From: Octopus vulgaris
Lineage: Eukaryota
Assembly (NCBI GenBank): GCA_951406725.2
Contig: OX597833.1
Span: 69,378,001 to 69,442,000 of the forward strand
Direction: 5' to 3'
DNA length: 64,000 bases
Positions within the stretch are counted from its first letter, which is position 1, and each line of letters starts with the position of its first letter. Position numbers and translations under genes: made by a program. The notes under the pieces were generated by a model. The model did not search any database. It was not told the origin of the DNA and saw only the letters and a list, made by a program, of their open reading frames with translations. Positions 52,445-64,000 of the stretch are shown here, piece by piece.

Positions 52445-52680
52445 CACTCAGGTACTTAACTACTAGTTATCCAGTAGATTAAACCGAATGCTTACATCCT
52501 AGTTGTCCTCATTACCAACTAGATTAACACCGTGCATTCATTTAACAATTATGCACTAGATTATCCCTGATACTTAGCTGTTAAGTTTTCACTAGATTAT
52601 CTGCGGTACCTAACTTTTAGTTATCCACTACATTAAATCCAACACTTAGCTGCAACATGGCCACTAGATTAACCCCAGTA
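52445..52680. repeat. Degenerate ~35-36-bp minisatellite, about 6 copies
   Basis: Core (C)ACTAGATTA recurs at about 52471, 52518, 52555, 52590, 52626 and 52661, usually preceded by AGTTATCC-like and followed by TACTTA-like motifs. Confidence 0.75.
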
Positions 52681-53214
52681 TTTTACGGATTATTTTATTC
52701 GCCATTGAAAAACAAATGATGTAATCGCGATTTGAACGCAGCTAAGGGATTTACCAAAATAATTCGTGCTATATTTTCTATTCCACGAAATATTTTTCTT
52801 TTGTTACATATATATTTTCGACTATATTTATCCTTCTGCCATCCGTACAAATTGATAGCATCGTCAGGCAGCAGAGATATATATTAAGGGAAGCGCAATG
52901 TCTAATTGACCATAAAATGGCTATTGTTAATTATTTCTCAACACTTAAGAGTTATTGCCGTTATTTCGGGAAAGGAACAAAAAAAAAAACAAAAAAAACA
53001 GAAAACATATCGGGAACTGAAGAGGTAAAAGAATTATTTATGTGTGAACGAAATTATTGCATATAAACAATTACATTGTCTGACAGCGGGTATAACATAC
53101 TAGACTAATTATAGATGTATATCTATACACAGATATATATATACATACCTAGATACATATGTAAAATTTCACACACAAACATACACACACACACATGTAT
53201 GTATATATATACAT

Positions 53215-53273
<59 letters not shown>

Positions 53274-53403
53274 AAGAGGGGCTACGTACGCACAAATATA
53301 CATACATGCGTACATAAGCATTGTTTCATATGCATTCGTGTATACACTTGCGTGCATACATACAGACACACTCGCACGCACATATAGAGAGAGATCGAAT
53401 ATG

Positions 53404-53451
<48 letters not shown>

Positions 53452-53488
53452 AAGAAAGAAAGATAGAGACAGATAGACAGATTAATGA

Positions 53489-53570
<82 letters not shown>

Positions 53571-54109
53571 GCGTGAATATGTGTGTGGTTCTATGTATGC
53601 GCTTCCAATCTGGACACGGAAACTGCTTCTATTAGGTTCGTAAATTCTTCCTACAGTCTCAACTCCAGATGTAGATGACATCGTTTATCGATCACGGGGC
53701 CTGAGTTAACCACAGATCACTCAAATCCGCCGTAAAGATAATCTAGGCCTCTTCTATTCTTTTCAGATCATAAATGTTCACAGTGGGGTTCAGTGTAATC
53801 TGTTTATCAGTGATTTGTGGTTAACTAATACCTTTTCTTGTTCAACCAAATAAGAAGCACAAACCTTAGGCCGATCGTCAGTCTATATTATATCGTTACA
53901 GAAACGTTTCTTGTGATGTAGTGGTATGTTATTAATTGATATTGAAATTTTAAAGTGCACCTAGTTAAAAGAAGAGAATACATCGCATATTTTTGCTTAG
54001 TTCAAATGCCATTTTACATTGTAATCGAAGAGAATAGGTTGAGATTCTATGAATAGAGAACATACTTGCTGGAAAACCAAGGTACACAACTCTTATCTTT
54101 TTTCCTTTC

Positions 54110-54230
54110 TACTAGACTTCATCATTAGCAGACTAACATTTAACTTCAGTTTTCAAATCCCACCGAGATCATATTTGCCTTTCTTCCCTTCGTGGTCGAT
54201 AGAATAAAGTACCAGTTAATTACTGGGTTT
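54110..54230 (+). mobile_element. Degenerate partial SINE family A
   Basis: TTCAAATCCCACCGAGATC..TTTGCCTTTCTTCCCTTCGTGGTCGATAGAATAAAGTACCAGTT. Confidence 0.7.
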
Positions 54231-54747
54231 TCTGAAATGGAAGAGTACTGGCTTTCTGTTCAAGGGTATATTGCCTTCTCGATCACTTGCACGTAATGGT
54301 AACGCATTAACCGTCATTATGACCACAAGGGTTCCAGAAAAAAAACGCCTGGTATATATACGTAGTGAGGTTTCAAATATGTTGTTGGATTAGGGATGTA
54401 GTGTTTCTTTGATAAACTTCTGTATTTTGAGGCTGACTAAAATCTATAGTCAACCATGTTGAATATCATTATTTTCGAGATGATTTTCGCTTTCACGATT
54501 CTTTAGCAAACGGTTAGCTTACTAATAAGTAACAGATTATATTCTAGGCTTTCACATATAGATTACACAGTGATCCCCATTATCTATTGTGAATCATAAC
54601 GGAAGCTCGAGGCATTTAAGAACGATCAGATTATTCAGACTCGTAAATTGTTTGCCACCAGGGGTTGAGAGCATATCAGAAATTGATCATACCGGTTTAC
54701 ATCTACACAATAATATTCGCTATACAATGACATATATACATATACAT

Positions 54748-54807
<60 letters not shown>

Positions 54808-54877
54808 GAATATATATATATATACACACATACACATGAACATATATATATACATACACATGTACATATATACATAA

Positions 54878-54915
<38 letters not shown>

Positions 54916-55081
54916 TATATTGATGCGTGGGTTTGTGCATGTGCGTGCGTGTCTGCATATTTGTATACATACAGATATAGTCGTATATATATCGTAGATA
55001 TAAACCTTCAAATTAATATATATATATATATATATGTAGTACATATATATATATACTTATATATATATGTATGTATATGTG

Positions 55082-55127
<46 letters not shown>

Positions 55128-56261
55128 GCCTATATGTATGATGCGTGCATGATGCATACAACATGATATTTCAGCAATAAAAACGTCTCAACTTTGTCTC
55201 TTTCGTAATGAAAAGCTCACAACTTACTCGGCGTCCATAATAAATATCTCTTTACATAAATACCATTCGGAATTAGTCTATTACATTAGTAAATTGAAAC
55301 GCATGCGTAAAGCAATTTCCTATATATTTTTCTGCATATAATAAGATATGCCATCAATTAATGGATAATTGTTTAGAATTCAATCACGAATTGATTGTGC
55401 CATTAACACAGATATAATTACATCTAGAACCGTCGTTCAACTAATGTACATTTTACATATCAAATATTCACAGAATGAAAATATTTGCTTAACATGTTTA
55501 AAAGGAATGAGATTCAAAAGTTTTAACTTCTCTACACCCGAGAGTATGATTTCCATCTATATCCGAATAGAAACCGCGCATTATGAAGTGGAAGGTCAAC
55601 AGTTTAAATAAACGGCGTCATTCAGATTCCTTTATAATTCCATAGAGAGCACATTTTACTATAACTGCTTCAGCTAACCAATATATTAACCTCCAAACTA
55701 GAAAAATTGTGATAGTAAATTATGTACACGATTGTCACTCAGAGGTAATAGCAAAAGTATCAGCACTGTGGAGTCTTTCATATACAGACCATACTCAGAG
55801 ATGGAATATAAACGCTTGAAATGCTTCCGTGTCACGTCGTGACTTGCTGTAGCAAGGTGTTTATAGATATGTATCTTATGAAATTATTTTCCAATTTGAA
55901 AGCTATCACGTCTCTGTAGCTGCAATACCCTTTCTGTATAATATCATATCCTGTCTTTCTGGCTGCAATATCCGACCTGTGTTTGCAGCTATAATCTCAC
56001 TGATGGATTTTCGGAATCATTACACCCTAAATCACAAACAACTGCAGAAGTACATTGAATAATGTACCAACAGACTAGCAACACCTTCACGTTAAGTAAT
56101 TTATTTCGTGGCTATGTGCCTTTTTTTATTTGTTTATACAGTTGTATATTAAATATTATAAATATTCTGAATATTTAAGCAAAATCATTTTTTTATGTCA
56201 GAGGATTGAAAAAATGAACAATGTCATTCGAAAAATTATAGGAATTCTGATAATAATAATG

Positions 56262-56354
<93 letters not shown>

Positions 56355-56585
56355 TGTGTTATCATGTACATTGTTTTGTCTTGGTATAAAAGATTGGCTA
56401 CAGCAAATATTTTGCTCAATACCACAGATTTGCTGGTCAGTTGTTTGACTTTTAACCAGTTGAGCCTGTCCCTTAGGGGCTGACGATATGTGCATCTCTG
56501 ATCACGAACAAAAGTAGTGGGGGAGCATCATAGCCATGTGTTGAGAGGGATTCTTTGGGTTTTGAATAATTCACCTCTGGAAACA
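56355..56585. mobile_element. Unclassified interspersed repeat (family E), second copy, adjoining (AAT)n at 56250-56353
   Basis: Matches 35515-35745. Confidence 0.8.
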
Positions 56586-56936
56586 GAGTTAACAGAAGAA
56601 ATTTGCACTGCGCTTCGAACTCCTTGGTTCAGCACACAACGTCACCCTACCGTTGCTATAGAACTTTCAGTAGAGAGAATGACATGACAAATCAGATCAC
56701 CATATAGAGACATAGTACCTTATTATAATATAATGATATATGCTTGAAGAACCTAAGTACCATTTTCGGAGATACTGTGATTCATATATAGTAACAGGTC
56801 CTAGGAATGACCATTAATTACGTGAGGCCGGAGGTTTTATAGATCGAAGTGACAATATCTCGGACACCCTAATTCAAAATGCAGGAACTCCTGAAACAAA
56901 CCCTACTACCGGATGCAATTTAAAGTCATACACAGG

Positions 56937-56986
<50 letters not shown>

Positions 56987-57539
56987 ATGTATATGTGGAA
57001 TTGTGTGTGTATGAGTGTGTGTGTAGACGTACATATTAAAGAGGAAGCATGTAACAGTGTGGCAGAGTTATCACATTAAAGTCTTTCGATCGTAAAACAG
57101 GAAAAGAAAGCCACTCAGTCTCTGTCTATTGTCGATATATTTCTTAGCTTAGCGACGGTTGCGTGTTTAAAGCGGATATGAAAGTAGCTCCGAGAACAAA
57201 ATTTGCATGAAAATAGAAAAGTAATATTAATAAAGTTCAAATATTCGTTAAACATATTACATTTCTTTAGTCATGATAGTTAAATATTATGTTTATTTGT
57301 TTTGTATTGGTTATTTTTAAATATTTTTGATATATAGCGTAATTCTAGCAGAAATATCTCCTCATTTTTTCGGGCAGAGTGATTCAACGTGATTGAATTG
57401 TGTAAAATTATTTGAAATGACATGATAAATGCAAGAAAATTAAAGAAAAATTAATTAGTACACAAATAGTAAAATGAAAAAGGAAAAAAGAAAAATCAGT
57501 GTACTGAATATCATAAGATTAACATGTGTTTTACATATG

Positions 57540-57549
57540 TGAGAGTGTG

Positions 57550-57584
<35 letters not shown>

Positions 57585-57683
57585 ATATATATGTGTGTAT
57601 AGATATATATATATACACATGTACGTATATATGCATGGGTTGGTGTATGCATGTATATATATATATATAAGCATATACATATA

Positions 57684-57717
<34 letters not shown>

Positions 57718-57779
57718 TATATATAAACATATACCTATATATATATAACTATGTATATATATATATATATAAATATATA

Positions 57780-57838
<59 letters not shown>

Positions 57839-57966
57839 GCACATACATATATATATATATATACGTATAGATGTTTATGAATATCTTGGCAATTATATAT
57901 ATTAGATATATATATGTATGTATGTATATCTCGCTCGCACTCTCCCTTACTCTCTCTCTCTCTCTC

Positions 57967-58047
<81 letters not shown>

Positions 58048-58504
58048 AAGTGTGAGAGGAAGAAACGAACAGAAGATAGATAAGACTCAAATTATAACTA
58101 CAGGTGTAATTAGAAGGACATACACATATAAGCTATAAACACATACACGCACAATTATACTGGTATACACACGGTTATATTTGTGTGAGTATGTGCATAT
58201 GCCTCTTATATATGTATGTGTGGGTAAGTTTGTGCATGTGTAAATACATGTATAGATCTCCATACGTGTATATATATATATATATAAATTAATCTAAGAA
58301 GGTTATACATATGATTGGAATATTAACAGTTATCTTTTCGCACAAATTAAGAAACTAATTAAATTTAATTAAGATCGAGAATAAATTAGTTTCATGAAAA
58401 ATAAATCAAAATTCTGCAAAAATATAATGACTTGTATATGAATCTCTGCTTTCTCGTAGTTTATACGAGAACTTAGCCAAACGTATAAATTAGGCATACA
58501 TCGC

Positions 58505-58555
<51 letters not shown>

Positions 58556-58652
58556 AAAATATATATGTATATACATATATATATATATATATATATGCAT
58601 ATATGTATGTAAGATTACATATATACACGTATACATGTATACACATATATCC

Positions 58653-58683
<31 letters not shown>

Positions 58684-58689
58684 CGTATG

Positions 58690-58720
<31 letters not shown>

Positions 58721-58978
58721 GTACGTATATATTTGTGCATATATGAGATATACATACTTATGTCAATATGTGTTTGTGTGTGTGTGCATTTATTGGTATA
58801 TATCTAGACATTTGCATGCGTCGAACAGTGAGAGCGGAAGAGAGATACGGAGGGCGGGAAACATTTTTCGATATACATAAACACAAATCTGTTTCCGATA
58901 CGCATAACCCAACATTTGCATTCACATTATTAAGCATGTGTATACATTAATGTATATACATGGAACAATATGTCGTAG

Positions 58979-59054
<76 letters not shown>

Positions 59055-59210
59055 CATATATATACATATACATGTGTATGAAGGGATGTATGTATGTATC
59101 TATGTATGTATGTATATTTATATTTATGGATATGTATACAATTATGTATCTGTATATGCACAAACAATACCAGAGAAATTTAGATAAGCAGATAAAAGTA
59201 TAGTACGTAT

Positions 59211-59248
<38 letters not shown>

Positions 59249-59270
59249 AGTGTGTGTGCGTGTGTGTGTA
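57540..59270. repeat. Cluster of (TA)n, (TG)n, (CT)n and (TATG)n microsatellites with short unique spacers
   Basis: Directly visible. Confidence 0.9.
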
Positions 59271-60049
59271 TTAATATACGTACATATGAACATAATGTGG
59301 CTAAAATTTGCATTCATAATTACATACATATTTATAAAAAGATATCTATATACATATTCTATCCCTATGGATTTAATTAACAGTTAAAATGGAATATTTT
59401 AAATAATTATAGCATGAACCACATATTACAAGATGCATTTGAATAATGACTAGGCTACGTTAAATTATATTGCAACATTCTCTTATTAGAAGCTCACAAT
59501 AATCCAAAATACATGTCCTTCCCCGATTTGTAAACATAGCAATCAGTTTTAATAAATTGTACAAAAGCTCTGTTCCAAATGCTTCTAAATGTCACGTATA
59601 TGAAACACAATGTTCAAAAAAACAGTTAATCGCTGTATAATTTTCGTAAAATCAATGCTGTTTATAAACAAACCTATTATTTTTCTGTAAACATAGTGGA
59701 CTAGAAATATCTCCAGGAAGGAATGTGGACATACTAAACGTACATTTTCGTATTTCCTTCCATTGTTCATATACTCGTATTAATGTGGGGGAAATTTAGC
59801 CGATTTCAATACATGTGTTTACGTCTCTTAAATTATGCAATAGTCGAACCCATGAATGGGTCTCCATGCAGAGGTTCACACTGCCAAAAATTGCAGTCGA
59901 ATCTCCCTCAAAATCAGAGAGGGAAAAGTCAATAGCGAACATATGTACGCATAGCTGCATATCTACATTCGCACACGCCACACACAGAGACAAATACACT
60001 AATAACTATATAGACATGTATACATATGAGTGCGTGTGTATGTAGTATA

Positions 60050-60117
<68 letters not shown>

Positions 60118-60118
<1 letters not shown>

Positions 60119-60524
60119 GGCTGTGTGGTAAGTAGCTTGTTTACCAACCACATGGGTCCGGGTTCAGTCCCACGGCGTGGCATCTTGGGCAAGTGTATTC
60201 TGCTATAGCCCCGGGCCGACCAAACCTTGTGAGTGGATTTGGTAGACGGAAACTGAAAAGAAGCCAGTCGTATATATGTATATATGTATATATGCGTGTG
60301 TGTGTTTGTGTGTCTGTGTTTGTCCCCCTAGCCTTGCTTGACAACCGATGCTGGTGTGTTTATGTCCCCGTTACTTAGCGGTTCGGCAAAAGAGACCGAT
60401 CAAATAAGTACTGGGCTTACAAAAAGAATAAGTCCCGCGGTCGAGTTGCTCAATTAAAGGCGGTGCTCCAGCATGGCCGCAGTCAAATGACTGAAACAAG
60501 TAAAAAAGCAAAAGAGTAAAGAGT
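60118..60524 (+). mobile_element. Near full-length SINE family B
   Basis: Matches 33145-33560 along its length and follows a (TA)n run. Confidence 0.95.
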
Positions 60525-61449
60525 ATACACCCACAAACGTACACAAAAACTTTCACACGTTGTGTGTTTATTCGTGTGTGTGTGTGTGTGTGTAAGTTTA
60601 TATGTGTGCATGTGCGTATATGTATATGTGTGTGTGTGGAGGGGTGACAGGCTGTATAACCTTATTTGCCATTCCCGGATTGTACTACCGCTATATTGAT
60701 ACTCAGATTTCTAGCATTGTGCCTCGTAAGTTACGTATGCACGGAGGCGCATTTTTACATCACGTTTGAAGCACTTCATTAACACGGACTTGTATTTCAT
60801 TTTCGTTAACTGTTTCTTAGCAAGGAATCGATGTTAGAGAGTAGGACAGATCTATGCCTTATCCCACTCTCCGAATGGATTTTCGGATAAACTTGCAATG
60901 AAGTTGCTATTTCAGTAAACGCTTCCTTGCGTCGGCAGTTGTATTTTACGTCATGGACCTTGCGGAGTTGAGGTTAGAATAAGTCGGGCATAAAATAACC
61001 CATAAAATTATATGAAATATGTAGGGAAAAGACTTGCTTTTTTCCCTTTATAAATCTCTTACGAACGCGAGCAATTTCAGACATCGGAAAAGAATTTTTC
61101 ACATTCTTTACATATGTAACATTTAATCAAAAAGGTAAATGGAGACTATTTATTAGCAATAACTCTTGAACTGGTTGAAGAATGAACAGAAAATAACAAG
61201 TTCAACTCAGTCAAAGTGCTGTTTATGAATAATCTACAATGTCCAATCTACAATGTAATTATGCCTAAAAGAGAGGAGAATGCTGCTGAGTCAAAACCAG
61301 GTTCTGAACAACAATTTAATCTATCGTTGTTGCTTCTATGTATTGAGTATATAAAAATGAATAAGAAACTTACTGAAATGATTGGAAAAATATTCAGAAA
61401 AGGATACATTTTTAAGTCCGAAATATTTGTAAAAGATGGTAACAATCTT

Positions 61450-63500
61450 TTCTAATGGGCAACTTTAAAAACAGAAAACACAACAGTAAAATATACGAAA
61501 GACAATGGCTTGTGCGAAGCGTCAAAATGGAAGGCAGTGTTTCTTTATCTTGGCGTTTTAGGAAATTTATTTCGTGTTAATATATTGATTTTGATATCAC
61601 AGAATAAATGTCTTACAACAGAAATATAGACATAATTATGTGACAACACGTTTGAGTACGAACTTAAAAAAATATCACACATTGTATTAATAATCAGAGC
61701 GAATACTCGAAATAAAAATTTCTCCAAGAGAAAAATGGATCATTTTTTACAGAAAGAAGTCGAAGCAGATGACGTTAATTGGAAATCTATTTTTCGACAA
61801 GTGACGTTTTATTTTGCAATGAACATAGATTGACATTCCATACATTCTCTTTTTTCTCTATTGATTCGAGCTGCTCGCATTTGTTACTTTGTTGCGCTGT
61901 TTTAACATTTGTCACACTAGAATCCCGTACTCGAAAGTTATATCGGGAAGGTCAAATAAATCTAGGACGAAATAGAAAATGCTTGCAAGGATATTATTTG
62001 TCAAGTGAATCGCAAATTGAATTTATTTGTCTTTGCTCTAACTTCCTTTAGGAACATATACATTCTGGAAGATCAAAAGCAAAACCTTATTTGATGACAA
62101 ACATGAAACAGATGGCATTTATTATGTTATCTTCGTTGCAGATTTTATAACTTACAGATCTTTTCAAGAACGCTTTGAGAAACCCGGTTTTCAGTTATAA
62201 ATATGGTAATGGAAACATTGAGGTAAAACAGAATTCTGTGGAAGAATCTAGAGGTGAATGTTACAACAATAAAGGTGTTAATATGGCAACCGAGTACAAA
62301 CAGGAGAATACAAAGAGAAATTATTTCAAGAAACTACTATTGCTATTTTTCATTAAGGATGTGAAATGCATTGAACCTGTCCGGTACAGATCGTAATTTA
62401 TTGTGCCGAAAATTTACTTTTTGCCAGAACTAATGGAAGTGTCTATATCCTATGGAATTGTCAAAAAGGATGGTAAATACTTCTGACATATGCAAGTTCT
62501 CAATCGTTGCATCGTATGTGAAGTGCTCGAAAATCAGCTAAAATCAATTCTTTAAACCATTTGCGTCAAACCACAATGCTATCAAATTAGCCCTGTAAGA
62601 TTTTCAAGATCCCAATGTAATACCAAAAGCAGAAATAGAGAAAGTGGTTAGAAATTAAAAGAATAAAATATCATGCAGTATATAATGCATATTCGTGATA
62701 TCCATCTTGTGTGCAATATTCTCGTTCCCATTACCATGTGCAGCTTGTAACGTCACTGTTGATATTGAAGTGGGCAGCATTGAAATGCGCAACAAAAATC
62801 TGTATCAACTGCCAGATAAACTTCACATGATGTTGACAGAGTCAAAAGATGCTGCTAACAGTCTATCAATGAAGGCAAAAAGAAATTCTTGAGAAGCCAA
62901 GTCAAACGATGAAAGCTAAGCAAAAGATCTTGACACATGAAGGATCATTATTTCAGATACCTGCTTTTTGATTTTTTTTGCTCTTCGCCATTATCGATTC
63001 TGTCGTTTGTGCTATTTCAAAATATGAAACTGCAGTTGCGAAAATTTATAATATATCTTCATTCCTCTGACAATAACTGTCTTTCTTTGAGAATATTTTG
63101 TCCAAATGTTACTTGACGTTTGCAGAATTTACAATTGTTAGGTAAATGCCTGCGAATATTCAAATGAAATAATCATGAAATCTATGACACACTATGACAA
63201 ATCTTCCAATTAAAAATTAGGCCCATGTATTCAATTGACGAAAGCTTTAGATCACAATTATTCGGTGAATCACATCGCATTTTTTCATGACGCATCCTCG
63301 GTAGGAATTCCATTTATCGGCAACTCCAATAGAACGTGGAAGCTGAATGCTCAAAATTGATGAAATAATATTTGAAAACAAAGTCGGCATAAGGTCGTTC
63401 AGTAGAACTGACATGACTCAACACAAATTCGGAACCCTGTTAAAATATTCATTTAGAGACAATCTTTGCATACAAAAGCATTTCTGAAAAAGCAGACGAT
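61450..63500 (+). pseudogene. Degraded hAT-superfamily transposase (ZMYM1/Tip100-like)
   Basis: Stitched frames, in the expected order: ERQWLV; DVLFCNEHRLTF; NPVLESYIGKVK; LQGYYLSSESQIEFICLC; RGECYNNKGVNMATEYK (cf. RGQxYDNGANMAGxY); NALNLSG; SLHRM; KPFASNHNAIKLAL; NVTVDIEV; FAIIDSVV..IYNISSFL; SKLMK*YLKT...GR..LT*L (dimerisation domain). Confidence 0.75.
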
Positions 63501-63609
63501 CATTAGCAATAATTGAGTCATTGAAATTATGCTTCTTTCCTGGTTTAAATAAATGATGTGCCTAGGACGTACAACAGTCTCACTCTTGTCATGGCCTTGT
63601 CTGTGTATA

Positions 63610-63667
<58 letters not shown>

Positions 63668-63757
63668 CAGATATGTGCATATATGTATACATATATAACA
63701 ACGGAATTACATATGTGTGTGTCAATATATATGTGACCGTGTGTGTATATTTGAAGA

Positions 63758-63817
63758 AGGATTTGAACCACACACAGTGAAAAATATGTAGGAGGATTTG
63801 AACTACACACAGTGAAA
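63758..63817. repeat. 35-bp-period tandem duplication
   Basis: AGGATTTGAACCACACACAGTGAAA at 63758 and AGGATTTGAACTACACACAGTGAAA at 63793. Confidence 0.85.
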
Positions 63818-64000
63818 TATAATATAAATCCGCGTGAAGGATTTTTTGTATGGCTGCTATGTTTTAGTAGCGCTACCGGTAAACAATATAGACTGGTACT
63901 ACCTGCGGCATTTTGAAGAAAAATAATAATGTGTAATAGAAAAAAGAAAGAATCTTAAAGGGGATGTGTTGTGGTGGAGACACCCAAGTGAGAAGTGGGC

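Overview
This is AT-rich, microsatellite-saturated eukaryotic DNA. The tRNA-derived SINE families and repeat landscape look like an octopus (coleoid cephalopod) genome, which is an inference. I cannot support any host protein-coding exon in the 64 kb, and nearly all long ORFs in the track are microsatellite artefacts. The window is a transposon graveyard with these components: (1) Dozens of tRNA-derived SINEs of at least four head types with swapped 3' tails, several with clear target-site duplications (TSDs) and some as head-to-tail concatemers. (2) 3' ends of restriction-like-endonuclease (R4/Dong-type) non-LTR retrotransposons, all at (TAA)n arrays in a fixed orientation. (3) Penelope-like pseudo-LTR fragments in (TA)n arrays carrying minimal hammerhead ribozyme motifs, two of them in inverted arrangement. 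(4) A heavily degraded Penelope-like RT at about 39.0-40.2 kb, a 5'-truncated RTE LINE, and a LINE 3'UTR whose tail matches the main SINE family. (5) Three Tc1/mariner relics, a Tigger-like MITE, and a frameshifted hAT transposase relic at about 61.2-63.5 kb. The most interesting signals are the hammerhead-bearing TA-targeted elements, the TAA-targeted RLE elements, and SINE concatemers inserted as single events. All belong to known element classes. I see no solid evidence of a wholly new biological system.
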